Positions 1-12,853 of a stretch of DNA of 64,000 nt are shown here, piece by piece; position 1 is the first letter of the stretch, and every line of letters begins with the position of its first letter. Position numbers and translations under genes: made by a program. This DNA comes from Amoebophrya sp. A120 (Eukaryota > Protista > Dinoflagellata). The stretch is taken from positions 7,370,989 through 7,434,988 of the forward strand of contig CAJINV010000005.1 in assembly GCA_905178155.1 (NCBI GenBank), read 5' to 3'. The notes beneath the pieces were generated by a model, which was not told the origin of the DNA, made no database searches, and worked only from the letters and a program-made list of their open reading frames with translations.

Positions 1-106
1 AAATCTGTGATGCTAGGCCATGCTGCATTACAGGCATTATGTTTCATGTAAAATATGCATGACAAATCTTGCAATCTCCCAGACCCAGACATTTTTGCAT
101 TTGATA
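1..106. mobile_element. Introner family A (right end only)
   Basis: Ends CCAGACCCAGACATTTTTGCATTTGATA; truncated by window start. Confidence 0.85.
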
Positions 107-2319
107 CACCGTGACACTGTCGAAGTGGGACAAGAATGAGAAATTGTGGTGGAAAATCGTCTGTGGTTGCATCGTCTTTCTGGTGATTCTTATGTACGTG
201 TACGTCTGTTACCTGTATGAAATGCAAAAATGTCTGGGTCTGCAAACTTGTGATGCTAAAATGTGCATGATGAAAACACTTTCGAATGCAGTCTGGCATG
301 AGAACTTCCCAAAACGCTTTCTCATAGGCAATCCGCATGAGAAGCTGCGTTTTTGCATGACAAAAGAGGCTGCGACTTTTGTTCGTTATGCAATACAGAT
401 TTTCTAGGTATGGAAAGCTAGCATTACAAGTCCCAACCTTCCAGACCCAGACATTTTTACAATCCATAACCTGCACCCCTTGACGATGGCGCGGCTGGAG
501 CGGGAAGAGAAAGAGCAGGAGATGGCGCAGGCGGCCTCCGATTGGGCGAGCCACTACAACGTGCAACAGGCGGACTATACGTCGGCGCAAGGGGGGCTCT
601 TTGGCGTGACGCCGTCCGGCGGTTTGCCGAACAACCGGGGCACGCACGGGGGAGTGTGGGCCGGTCCTTCCTCTTTTCGCGGCACGGCGGCCGATATTCA
701 AGTAGAGAAAAAAACTGTCTTGGTACAAGTGTAGCTGGCCTGGGAATGATCGTGGCTACAGCATATATAAATTTGCTCTGCATGACAGAGAAATTATGTT
801 ATCCTGTCATGCGCCGCGCCTAGTATCAGTGAACGCACGTTCGTATGAAAGAAAGGAAGACTAGGACACTATGCCTGGCTTCTAGCATGACGAGTGATAT
901 ATTGTGTGAGTACAACGTGCGTATCATTCATTACAGACTTACACCCGACGCACAGTTTATTTTTTTTTTTTGCATAGCGATAGCTGGCAGCGGGCAGCCG
1001 TCCTGGGGCGGACCAAGCTCCTTCGCCGGAATATGACACCCTCAGAATGGAAATCCTCAAAGTGGAAATAATTTGTGATGCATGAAATGCGACACCAAAA
1101 AGACTGTATTGCAGAGAACGCAATGGAGGCCGACTACGGTGCTTTACGGGTTCAGAATTGGGCCGGTGATTAGCATGAGAGAATGGCACCCCTTTGCCTG
1201 ACTAGCATGAGAGACACATTTTGAGTGCCCGGGAAATTTGTCATGCGCCGACTACAAATGGTGCTCCAACTGGACTCGTTTTTTTGCATTACAAATTATT
1301 TTCACTTTGAGGATTTCCAACCTGAGGCTTTCATACGGAACGGCTCGGGGCGGTGGAGGGGACTGGTCCTCGTGGAACGGGGCCGGACAGTACGGCAGCG
1401 GCGCCGGGTATGCGAGTGTCAGGACTGAAATTGACAAAGTTGAAATAACTTGTAATGCATAAAATCGATACCAGTTGGAAGCCAAATTTCCAAGCGGTGC
1501 GTGACAAAGTTCACAACCGTCTAGTACATCCAGTTTGTCATGCTGTTCGGGCACAGGAGAGTGCTTTTGTCATGCTCCTTTAGCAGCTCTATCCCAAACC
1601 CTAAATAGGCTCACAATCTCCTGCCTTGCTTGCCATCCCGGCAAGACAGGCACTTCATGCCTTGCATTTTATGCATGGCAAATCATTTCAACTTTGACGA
1701 TTTCAGTCCTGACACTCCCATACCGGGCAACAAGGAAGTTGGAACGGGCAGTGGGGCGGCGCCGGACAGTCTTGGGACGGTGGAGGCCACGGAATGGCGG
1801 GCGGCGCGAGGCAATGGGAGTGGGGCGGCAGTGGCGCCTCATATGGTGCAGGGTACACCAGTAACGGGCAACAAGCGCGTTGTATGGAAGGGGGTCAAAA
1901 ACGAAATCGGCAAGGTTGAAATATTCTGTCATGTTGCGACGTGTTGAAATGGTAGGACTCCTACCATTTAAGAAGAAGACCGGCACTCCGTGGTCCTCCT
2001 AGGATCACGAAGTGTAGTCGGTCTTCTTGCACCAAGTGGGTTGGCATAATATGAGGCCGATTGTACTAAGCCTGTTCGAGGTAGTTCTTGGAGATATTAG
2101 AGCTGCGTAGGAGCATGAAATCAAAAGCCATCTTTTTTTCCCCGGAAGAGCGTGGGAAATTGGATTTAGGTGATCATGCCAAAATTTGTCATGCGCCGCT
2201 CGATTTTATGCATGGCAAATTACCATCTCAATGCTTTGGTCGATTTTGAACCTGGCCCTTCCATACCTTCTTGGAATCCCGACCCTCAAGTCTACGGCAA
2301 CTCGTCTTACAATTATTAA
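107..2319 (+). CDS. 5'-truncated gene; membrane protein with Gly/Trp-rich C-terminal tail (unknown function)
   Basis: Exons join in frame after removing elements at 216, 695, 1032, 1409 and 1883. Contains TM-like WWKIVCGCIVFLVILMYVYVCYL, then repeated WxGPSSF and G/W-rich sequence. Stop TAA at 2317-2319. Confidence 0.75.
216..468. mobile_element. Introner family A (TIR TATNAATGCAAAAATGTCTGGGTCTG)
   Basis: TSD ACCTG; near-identical to 9617-9869. Confidence 0.92.
695..982. mobile_element. Degenerate introner, family H-like
   Basis: TAT...ATA, TSD GCCGA/GCTGG, frame restored. Confidence 0.65.
1032..1335. mobile_element. Introner family C (TIR TATG..TCAG.ATTGAAATC..CAAAGTTGAAATAA)
   Basis: TSD CGGAA. 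Confidence 0.9.
1409..1722. mobile_element. Introner family C
   Basis: TSD CCGGG. Confidence 0.9.
1883..2265. mobile_element. Degenerate introner family C with internal hairpins
   Basis: TATGGAAGGG...CCCTTCCATA; TSD CGTTG/CCTTC. Confidence 0.75.
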
Positions 2320-4454
2320 CCGAGGTGGAGCCAGGGCCAGCAAAAAGGAAAAATCCAACTAGAAATAACCAAGTGTCCGAAATCGACAGCAAATTCATTG
2401 CGTTGACGCAAATCATATATCATTTTCGTTTTCCTCCTCTTTATTCGGCTTTCGTATGTTTTACTCGGCTTTCCCATTGACGCTGTACAAGCTGAGGTTT
2501 ATTTTACACTTGATTTTTTAAAAATACATTGACGGTATACTTTTTCATGTGAGCATTCGTTTTTTCAAGTTTTCAGTTGCCAGTTTCTCACTTATTTTTT
2601 TCTCACACATTCAAACATTTCGTATGTGTACATCAACATCTTCTTTGCAGTCTGTCAGCCTAGAAAATGAGTCTCTTGTTTCGAAACCAGCAGCAACGCG
2701 AGGGAGTTCTTGTGCCTCGTCCTGTACAAGAATTATGAAGTTTACAACTGTACAATTACACTTGAGAGGAAAAAGAACGAAAAGGTTGACTGTGGGTTGA
2801 GAAATTTTATTGGGGAATTGTACTATGTGAAAAACTTCTAGTAAAATTCTACGGTCTTATGTGGGGAACGAACGATTCTCACAGTCGCAGTCCACCATCG
2901 CGCCGCTGCGAGTGAGAACAACCTGGCTCCCCTCCGCCGGCGTGCTGCCATGGATCGTTCTCGTCGGTAGTTGGCTCTCCGTTTCTGTTTAGGAGCTTCG
3001 GCAAGTGTTCAACTTCGCAGGCACGTCCGGCGGGCTGGTCCAGAAATCTTTCACACACTAGTTTTCCGGACGTGGTAGATCGGCGAAAGCGGGAACTTTA
3101 ACTTCTACATCTACTACTGATGCCCCAGGAAGGAGGGTAATATCATTCTTATGGTCGCAGCTGCTGCTCTTGACGTTGAATCGATTGTTTCATCCCACGA
3201 TCTGGTTATTTTCACTTATTTCTCGCTTTATTGCAGGCTTTTTTCTCATTTCTTGTGTAGGCGAGTCTAGTACCCCCGGCGTGGCCCTTTGTTCAAAGAT
3301 GAAACGCAACAGAAGATCCGGTAGAAAACAAAACAAGTGCGCTCAGCTTTTCTTTCTTGTTCCACCAAGAAGATCTTTTGTAATGTTGTTGGCACTTTAA
3401 TATTTCTCGTACAGAGGCCAAAGTGATCCTACCGAGCTAGTAATCCTGGGCGGGACCATCATGAAATACAAATAAATGTAGTACGCAAAACATCTAGTGA
3501 TGTGCATTCCACATCTTCATTCAGCAAATTGGCTTGTAGTTGTACGACGCGAACCCGTAGACAGAGAAGTTCTTGCTTGGTCGTGGGCAGCAGCTCTATA
3601 GTCATTGCTATAGGTCTTCAACACCTGCAACATCTTCTCCATGACGAAGATCTTGATCTCAACATCTTTTTCCCCTCGCAGTAAATCAAAATAGAAAAAA
3701 TAAAAACACGTAAGCTCACCAAGTAGACCGCAGCGAAGATTGCTCGTCGAAAGAAGTTCCTGTGCATGATATGTAGTCTACTATGAGTTCTAGATCCTGC
3801 TCTACTTAAAAGCGATGTTTCTTGTCCCATTTGATTGCCGCAAATAACGCATGAAGCTGAAAATGCTAGTCAAGAACAAGATCATCATGGTGGTTGATTT
3901 TTGGTGCGGCTCTTGCATGTGATAAATTTTTTGCGTAGTTTCTCCGCCCGACTTCCTTTTGCAAAATAAACCAGAAACAAACTCGTACACAACTTTTACA
4001 GCGACATCAAAAATACGAATACCGGAAGGAGCGCCGCATGATCTATCTTTATTTTCGCCCTATTTATTGTTGCCACGGGCACGGCTTCACATATTGATAT
4101 TTTTGATGGTAGAAACAAAACCCCAGCACAAGCAAACACGCGTAGGTCGTACTTTCTAGTCCACATCAACAGCAGCTTCCGCACGACGACCTACTAGAAC
4201 TAGAATCAAATCAATCATGACCGCGACGACCGGAAACTGGTGAAGATTCTTCAACCAGTCATTCTCATTTATCAATAAATTCCGCAAAATAATCCGATGC
4301 TCGCCAGAACAAGTGGATCCTAGCTAAGAAGACCACAAGGACAAGCAGCACCCGTGTCGCGAGTAGAGGACCAGCAGCACTAGCAATTTCAATTTCTTTT
4401 CAAACCAGGCGAGGGCGACACAATAATAACACCTTCACCGTTCTCGATATCAAA

Positions 4455-7400
4455 ATGAACGCTCCGGGCGAAGATTCCTCTGAGTACGACTCCGATTCCG
4501 TCAGCGCTGGGGAAGTAGAAAAGAAGGAACAACAAGCGGGGACGAAAAAGGAATCCTCCTCTTCCTCGCCAGCGTCATCCCCGAAACAGAAGAGCTTGAA
4601 GCGGGCCCAGCCAACATATGAAAGGGGACAAGAAGAAATCAATGTCTCTGCACCAACTCATCTGCGTGTAGTTGATGTCGCGGCCAGAAGGAGAGCAATA
4701 CAAAAGTTATAAGTTTGAGTTTCTATTTTGATGTGATCATGCAAAATGCCAATCACCAGAGGGCATGATAGTACCAGCATCATGTGGTCCTGCGAATAAA
4801 TGTGCATCTGCATTATATATAGCCTATGAAAAATTTATAATTAAGTCGCTGTCGTTCAACAATCATTCAGAGGACAACCAGGTCGTTGGGGCTGACAAGT
4901 TATTCTTCTTGTCCACTTGCATACAACAGGAGAGCGCCTCTTACCCGACGAGGACGAGGAGAAAGAAGGTCCAGATGGAGCAGAAGCTGGCCAGGCAGTA
5001 CAACCGGGCCAAGATGAAGGCGAAAATGAGAAGAACGACAACGCCGGGGGAGCCGCGGGTGGTCCCGCCTCTTCCCGCGCGAATGGTTATGCGCACGAAG
5101 ACGAAAAGGACGAAAAGCAGAGAGAGCTGGAGCTCGAGGCGTACAAGAAGCGCAAGGTGCAGAAGGCTTCCGCTGCGGACTTGACGCGGACAGGCGGGAC
5201 GTATCTACCGCCGTTCATGCGGGCGCGGCTGGAAAAACAGATTGACGACGTGAACAGCCACGAGGGTCAAAGGAGGAGCTGGGAAGCGCTGAAGAAAAGT
5301 ATACGTTTTTGCTATGCAAATTCAAATAGTTTTACTTCATTTTCGACCATTCATTATCTGCATGACATGACGAAGGAACAGTGTAAATCTATTGCACAGA
5401 TGATTCTACTCTCCAAACTATACTACATCGCCTTCTTCCAGGTATCAACGGCTTGGTCAACAAGGTGAACACCTCGAACATAAAAAACATCGCCTGCGAA
5501 CTCTTTTTATCCACTGTGCACAGTTGCATTTGTCAGGGGGGCCGCGAGGGAATTACAATTAGATTGAGAATCCTTGCGGTCTTGAGAAACACGGAAGTTT
5601 GTGTTTCCTGGTAGAAGTTCTTGCTACACCCTGCCTGTCATGAGAATGAAGTTGACCACCTCGTCGTCCAGCACGTGACGTCCTCACGCTGCTTGGAAGG
5701 TGGATAGTACTACACTTCAGCTTGTACTAGTTGACAGGAACAAGATCTGTCATGCTAGGCGGGAGTAAAGACGAGTTTTCGAAATCGTAAGTGGACCTAA
5801 ATCTTTTGCTCAGTGCGCCACATTGACGAAAACTTGGACCTTTTATCAGATGAACCGCAAGAAGAACGACCCTGACATTTGTCATGCATTTTTCCCATCC
5901 ATACGCCGGCGAGAACCTGATGCGCGGAGAGGGGCTGTTTGCGCGAGCAATCATTCGAGCACAGATGGCGAGTCCCGGGTATTGATTGTGCTATTTCTGG
6001 TTTTTCTCGTCGAAAGGTTTTATTTATACATCTTCTGCTCGAGTTCATAGGTACAATACGATACAAAAAAAATACAACGAATCTTCCAGTCGTCGTGACA
6101 TTATGGTGCAGACATGCAATGTTTTGTAGGTGTCACGCAAATACGCACTTCTTCTTCGGATTCTTTTCGCTGAAAGAGACAAGATGCAGCAATCAAAGCA
6201 GGCAGATAAAAATAAAATTTTAAAATTTCGCGGATTCTGAAATTGCATAAAAATAAAATTTTGAAAATTCGCGGATTTTAGTGATTGATAAAAGCCAAAA
6301 TTTGCAATTTTGCGAATTTCGAATGGATGTCTTCGACGATGTAAAAGGTTTTCAAACAAATAAAAATAAAATTTTGAAATTTCGCAGCTGGTAAAAGATA
6401 ATTGATTTTATAAAAAGCGTCTAATGGTGAAACAACTGCTGCGGCATCCATATTCCCGTGCCGAGCAAGCTAGTGTAGGTGGATCACCACACCGTCGTGT
6501 ATGATGTTATTCACGAGGGTATGACAGCCCCTTCGTCCACATACGTTGTCGGCCTCAACTTTTCCCTCCTTTAAATGTCACTATATCGATCGGGTATAGG
6601 ATTATGCACGACCGTATCAAGTGCGCCCGAAAAGTTGTAATTGTGTGTTGTAGCGATATCGAGAACTTAGACAACATAAAATCACGGAACCAGCACCGAT
6701 GACTCTTCAAACTTCAAAAACTGCAGGTTCACACACATCTACGTGGCGCTACTCGCGGTGATAAACAGCAAGCTGCCCCGAGTTATGAAAAAGAAAAAAG
6801 GTCGTGGCGATTGTGATTGTGTGTGGCAGCAAAAGCGAAAGCTCGAGCTTGCAACAATGTCGTGGATAGATGTTTCAACTCCATTTATTGCGTCTTTCAT
6901 ATGCAAGACGCGTGTTTGTATGATGAGAAGATCTGCATCTGCGAAAAGTGCTTGCAAGTTGACTTGGAAGTGGAAAGCGTGTCGTGCGAAGATGAAAATC
7001 GCCCGAGCATTTGCATCAGTGCAGACTTCCACTCATGTTTACCGGTTTCATATTGTCATGCGAGTGAGCATCATCAAGGAAGCGAAGCAAATACAGAAAC
7101 TATTGTCACCTTCTTTTTCGTTTTCATACTTCTCGGACGGCTGACTATCACGCGGGTTATTTTGCAGTTCCGCCGGGCCTACAAGCGAAACGACAAGATC
7201 GTTGTCTCTGCGGTGTGCAAATTCATCGCCCACCTGGTGAACCAGTACATTGTGTCCCAGACGGTGGCGTTGGAGGTCTGCCTGCTTTTCTTCGAGGACC
7301 TGACCAACGACTCGGTGGAACTTTGCTGCGCGCTGATCCAAGACGTCGGCGCGTTTTTACTTGAGGAGGACCCAAAAGCGCTGGACTTCATCATGAACAA

Positions 7401-10400
7401 GCTGCGCATCGTGCTGCAGGAGGGAAAAATCGACGTGCGCGTGCAGTACATTGTGGAGCAACTACTCAAGACGAGAAAGGACCGGTTCGACCAGTTTCCG
7501 CCCATTATCAAGGAGCTGGACCTGATCGAGGACCTGGACCGAGTGCGACACGACGGATTTCAGATCGATGACGTGACCTTGCGTGCCCAGGAAATGCTCA
7601 ACATCTTTCAGAAGAAAGAACCGGCAGAGTACTGCTATTGTCTTTATTTTTATCCCGTTCTTTAGTTGTTTATTCCAATCGTCCGGCTTGGTCTACTTCG
7701 ACGAAGCAATCATATCTTCCCCTCCTTAGTGATATTCCAGACTGAAGAGTTTGCGATTTTGATTCACACGTTGATTGTAGAGCCACGGGGGAAAGATAAA
7801 TAAATCAAAAAGTTGTAGAGAAGAGACAAACTGTACAACTACGGAAAAATCAAAATCTGATTTACAGCTTCGAAGAAGAGGAGAAGAACTGGAAGGACAT
7901 TAGCAAAGAGATTCTCGGAGGTGACAGCGACAGCTCGTCGGGATCGGAGTCGAGCTCCGAAGACTCCGAGGCCGAGAAATCGGAGGAGCAGGTATCGAAT
8001 GTAAAAATGTCTGGGTCTGGAAGAATGTGAACTTGTCATGCAGGTTTTCCATGACCCTTGAGGTGTGGACTGCGGGACCTAGCATGACAGAGGCTGTGAG
8101 GTCTCTTTCGTGCCTATTCTGCATGAGAAACTGCCTTTAAACTTGTTCAAAAGTGGACCTCTTTTGGTAATCATGCAACACAGATTTTTGCATGATTCGG
8201 ATTTACCATGACAAGTTGCAATCTTCCAGACCCAGACATTTTTGCAATCCATAGCAGGTGACGGCAGACCAGCACCAGGAGAACCTGATGAACCAGAACA
8301 ACATCAAGGACTTGACCGAGCAGGATTTGTATGAACTGCAAAAGCATCGTACTAGTATGAATTGCATTACAAATTTCCTCAGCATGAGAAATAAAATTTG
8401 TAATGCGGATTTAACTTGACAAAGAAATTTGGAATGCATAAACGCAATTACTACGAGTACGATACTTTTGCACAGCATAATTTGGTGAACCTGCGCCGTA
8501 CCATCTACCTGACCATCCAGAACGCGCTTGGGTTCGAGGAGTGCGTGCACAAGATCATGCGGCTGAAAAACGTGGACGGATTGGAATACAACATTGCCCA
8601 GATGGTGCTGGACGCCGCGGCCATGGAAAAAACGTTTTCAGAGTTCCACGCAAAAGCGGCGGCGCGGCTGTGTGCCTTGCGGGAAGAATATAAGGCGGCG
8701 TACGAAAAACTTTTCGAGGAACAATTTGAGACGGTATAGTTAGTTTTACCTTGTGCAAAAGTATCGTACTCGTAACTCTTGCTTTTATTATGCGTTACAA
8801 ATATTTTTCTTAAAGGCAAATCCGCACTGCAAATTTAATTTGTAATGCTAAATGCAATTTGAAATATCCACCTAACCACAAACTTTATATCAGATCCACA
8901 ACCTGGAGACGCCAAAAGTCCGGTCGATTGCCAAATTCTTCGCCCTCCTCACCTACCACAACGCCATCTCCTGGGGGATCCTTGCGTACATTGTTTTGAC
9001 CCCCGAAGCGACCAATTCTACCATCCGAATTTTCGTCAAGTACTTCCTGCTGGATCTGTCGGAGAATGTTGGCGTGCGGGAACTGTACAAGAAACTCCAC
9101 TCCGGGGAGATGTCGTTGATCGTTGCGGGGATCTTTCCCCGCGATTCCATGAACAACATGCGGTTTTCCATCAACTACTTCACCGCAATTGGGCTTGGCG
9201 TTTTGGTAGAACCGTTGCGGGAGCACTTAACCAGGGTGCAGCAAGACGAGTACTCTGAGTAAAAACATCTCCACCCCAGAGTTGTCATGCAGATTTGCCA
9301 TTGGAGGAACATCTGTAATGCGCACCCCCTTGAGAGGCATTTCCAATTTGTAATGCTGTAAACAGGATAAGCGGATGGATTTGTGATGCGGTTGTCCTTG
9401 CTAACATGCACTACACTACGGACTGCAACTTGTCATGCGTGGCTGCCTAAACTTCTGGACTTGTGTTGCTAAGTTCCCAACTTGACTCTGGAGTGGGGAC
9501 GTTTTCACATATGATAACGAGCAGGAGAAAGCCATGAAGCAGTTCGAGATCGACATGCACCAGTTAGACAGCGACGGAAACGAGTCGAGTTCGTCGAGTA
9601 GTTCAAGCTCCTCTTCTATGAAGTGCAAAAATGTCTGGGTCTGGAAACTTGTGATGCTAAAATGTGCATGATGAAAACATTTCCGAACGCAGTCCGGCAT
9701 GACAACTTCCCAAAACGCTTTCTTATAGGCAATCCGCATGAGAAACTGCGTTTTTGCATGACAAAAGAGGGCGCGACTTTTGTTGATTATGCAATACAGA
9801 TTTTCTAGGTATGGAAAGCTAGCATCACAAGTTCCAACCTTCCAGACCCAGACACTTTTACAATCCATATCTTCCTCCAGCAGCAGCTCCTCCTCCGGGT
9901 CAGACTCCGACAGCAGCAGTAGCAGTATCAAAAGAAAAAATACCCCCACGACCCCGGGTGCTTCAAAAATTTGTGATGCAAAGTTTCCAAATGAAAACTT
10001 TTTGTATTGCATGGAAGGACTATGAATCTATCTGATGCAGAATTATCTAGGCGAGTAAGGCGTCTTTTCCATGACAGACCCGGCTGCTGCTGGGCTCTTG
10101 CGCAACACAAATTTTAGCTGTTTCGCATTGAAAATTTGTGATGCTGATATATGCAAGACAGGGAATGTTTCTAGTGGAAAGGTTTGCAAGACAAACTTGC
10201 CAAATTCCGAGGTGGGGGCATAATTTTTCATTGCGATAAGCAGCTCCTCTAGTTCATCCTCCAGTAGCAGCTCGAGTTCCGACTCCGGAGCTGCTAAGAA
10301 AAAGAAGAAACAAGCCGAAGCTGTGGCAAAGAAGGGGAAAAACAACAAGAAAGACGGTGGAAAAAAGATGAAAAAGCCTAAAACTAGCAAGGGAAGCGAC

Positions 10401-11570
10401 GACGCAGACGGCGGTGAGGACGCGGACAGCACAAAGGAACATGCGGGGAAGAAGAACAGGAAGGCGAAGGATAAGGCGGGTAGTAAGACTTCGAAAAAGG
10501 AATTACAAGCAAAAAAGAAAAAGAAAACTACATCCGCTTCCGGTGAAGAAGACGACCAAAATGTTGAAAAGGAATCCTCTGAACAACGGAAAGACGCTGA
10601 TGATGAAAACCAAAACAGTCGTGGCCGCAGCAAGGAGAAGAATGGCAAGAAGAAAAAAAACTCCGCAGCAGCATCGAAGGAAAATAACAAAGACCCCGCA
10701 GGGGGCGCGGGCGAAGGGAAGACGAAAAAGAAGAAAAAAGACAACCAGGACGACGATGGTGAAAATCATGTGGACGAGAAAAAAAAAGGTAAAAAGAAGA
10801 ACGGCGATAAGAAGAAGAAGAAAACCACGTCGAAAGCAGAACTGAATAAAACGGGTGCAGCTTCCAAGAAGAAGAGTAAGCAGAATTCCTCGTTCGAGGT
10901 AGACTTGGACAAGGATGAAGAGGACCTGGTTGCCAAGGACGAGAGACTAAAGAAAAAAGCGAAAGAGCTGGCCGAAAAGCGGCAAAGCGCCGCTGTGAAC
11001 GTGAAAGTAGAAACCAACATCAAACCGAAAAACACCGACGTGGGGCAGCTAAAAGTGCTGGCGAAAATTCAGAAAGAGGCGAAGCAAAAGCAGTTGGAAA
11101 AGGAAAAAACGGAGATGGAACAAAGAGCTGCAAAGATGAACAAGACAGCAAATTATACGAAGAACCGGCGCAGCAGAAGTCGTAGCGTGGATTCCCGACG
11201 CAGAGGTGCTCCTGCAAAGGGCCGCGCGGCGGCCGGAACTACAACCGGTAACAAAAACGGGACTACGAGGAGAAACGACTCCCGGTCACCTTCGCCGAAG
11301 AACGACATCAAGCGGGGAGGTGGACGGGCAAAACCAACACGGCAGGACTCTCGGAAAAGAGGCGGCGCTGCAGCAGTGAAGAAACGAGGAGACACCAGTC
11401 GCGACAGGAAGCCCGTGAAACTCAAGTCCACAAGGGGGCAAAACGATTCGCGAGAGCGGGGGGCCGGCGAAAAGAGGAAGAGCATCGACCCTCGGGATTT
11501 GCCCAAACCGCCGAAACGGAACAAGAACAGACGGGAAGTGGTCTCTGATGCATCTTCGCTTAGCCGGTGA
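4455..11570 (+). CDS. CWC22: Pre-mRNA splicing factor CWC22 (MIF4G + MA3 domains), ~1164 aa, 12 introns
   Basis: Family motifs RTGGTYLPPF, QRRSWEALKKSINGLVNKVN, ENLMRGEGLFARAIIRAQMASPGFT, LQFRRAYKRND, LVNLRRTIYLTI...FEECVHK, RFSINYFTAIGLG. Lys/Ser/Arg-rich tail. Spliced length 3495 nt, in frame. Confidence 0.95.
4617..4923. mobile_element. Introner, singleton family (TIR TATGAAAGGGGACAAGAAGAA)
   Basis: TSD CAACA; frame QPT-GERLL restored. Confidence 0.88.
5299..5441 (+). other. Canonical GT-AG intron (CWC22)
   Basis: GTATAC...TTCCAG; joins KKS-INGLVN. Confidence 0.85.
5508..5903. mobile_element. Degenerate introner
   Basis: TATCC...CCATA; TSD decayed, but removal plus 5 nt gives ELFCENL in CWC22. 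Confidence 0.65.
5979..6726 (+). other. Canonical GT-AG intron (CWC22) with internal AT-rich repeats
   Basis: GTATTG...CTGCAG; joins SPG-FTHIY. Confidence 0.85.
6784..7128. mobile_element. Degenerate introner (TIR TATGAAAAAGAAAAAAGG)
   Basis: Removal plus 5 nt restores SKLPRVGRL. Confidence 0.75.
7629..7867 (+). other. Canonical GT-AG intron (CWC22)
   Basis: GTACTG...TTACAG; joins to FEEEEKNWKDISKEILG. Confidence 0.85.
7993..8253. mobile_element. Introner family A
   Basis: TSD GCAGG (allows GT-AG). Confidence 0.92.
8330..8479. mobile_element. Introner family B (TIR TATGNANTGCAAAAG(C/T)ATCGTACT.GTA)
   Basis: TSD ATTTG. Confidence 0.92.
8734..8893 (+). other. GT-AG intron containing a family B remnant
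   Basis: GTATAG...TATCAG; TGTGCAAAAGTATCGTACTCGTA at 8752-8774. Confidence 0.82.
9251..9516. mobile_element. Introner family D (TIR TATCCTGAGTAAAAACGTCCCCAC)
   Basis: TSD ACGAG; left end TAC. Confidence 0.9.
9617..9869. mobile_element. Introner family A
   Basis: TSD TCTTC. Confidence 0.92.
9926..10238. mobile_element. Introner family G-like
   Basis: TSD AGCAG. Confidence 0.88.
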
Positions 11571-12853
11571 TGAGGAACCACATGGGATACATTTTTTAAT
11601 ATGTCGCGCTGGATAACGTGGATCATCTTCGTAAAAGAAGTACAACATACTGTAAGTAGTTCATGTGCGACTTACAATTCGAATTCTTTATCTTCGAAAA
11701 GAAAAATGTCAACTAGTTTCACAACTTGACCTTGTTGGTGCTCCTGCTTTCCAGCTTGTTCATCAAGTCTTGTCGGTGCAAAGACAGCACCTCTTGCACA
11801 TCATATAGAGGCACGCGGCCTACAACATTTGCCACATTTTTTGTAGCAAGTCCAAAATGATAAAATTGAATCTTTCACCAGGATGACGACGTCGAGAACA
11901 ATTTGATGAAATTTGTCGGAGGAATTTATACCATGTTGACCTCTTCTCAAAAATCATACGACTTGATGAACAGGCACAATTCTACGAACAGTACAACTTC
12001 ACGAAATTTTCTCAAAATTATGCGAAAAAGATTCTTTCGTCCCACCTCAAACAAACATATGAGGGGGCACTGTGTGTAGTAGCTATGTTGTTCTATTTGT
12101 TGGCCGATCCCAATCTTATGCTTCACGATGACCAGGCAAAAACATGATCACCTTTTTGCGGCGCGGGAGTTAGTTCTACCTTCACCACAAAAATTCTGGA
12201 GAGTCAGAAGTGCTTTGCTTTTCTTCTTGCGTCTTCTTCCCTTCCTGTTTTATCTGTAGATGGTGCAGAATGCAGATAAGCCCCAAATTCAAATACTTAC
12301 ACCATGACATGGGGCCTCGTACCACTGGAGATGACAAATACAACCTTCGGTGCTGAAGATGGTCCTCATCTTCCATATTCACTTCACCCAATGAAGGAGC
12401 AGGAGTTCCTCGTGTTGACATATGAGTTCTTTCGTGGGCGCCCCTGCTGTGCCGGTCATCTCTGCAGATCTTCATCCATGGTCCCTAAACAATCGAAATC
12501 CACATCGACGAGATCTTCTTCCGTGGTTTCTTGGTTTCTTCTTGTGCTTATCGAGTTGTACAAGTTTGCTCAGCTACAAGTTCTTCGTAAACAGAAACAT
12601 GTCAATAAAAGCAGTGGACGATCATGTGAACGTAAACGCCTATGTCTTGGGCGGCGGCGGCCTTGAAAAGACCGCAATATTCATTCAGATTCCATCCTGC
12701 CGACGGTAAAGAAAGAGATAGACATAGATACCGTGGCCCCGTCCCGGACCCGGGTGCAGCTAAAGAGATAAACCGCAGGCGAAGCAAAAGCTACTAGCTT
12801 TTCGCTTTCACTTACCACACAACGAAAAGAATGGACAAGAAAAGTTTAGGAAA

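Noticed and set aside
6206-6387. Three copies of ATAAAAATAAAATTTT.AAA.TTCGC in a CWC22 intron
   Set aside because: Probably a decayed repeat fragment; I could not define ends or a TSD.
10043-11648. Long minus-strand Phe/Leu-rich ORFs (also 54029-57073)
   Set aside because: Antisense shadows of low-complexity + strand exons.
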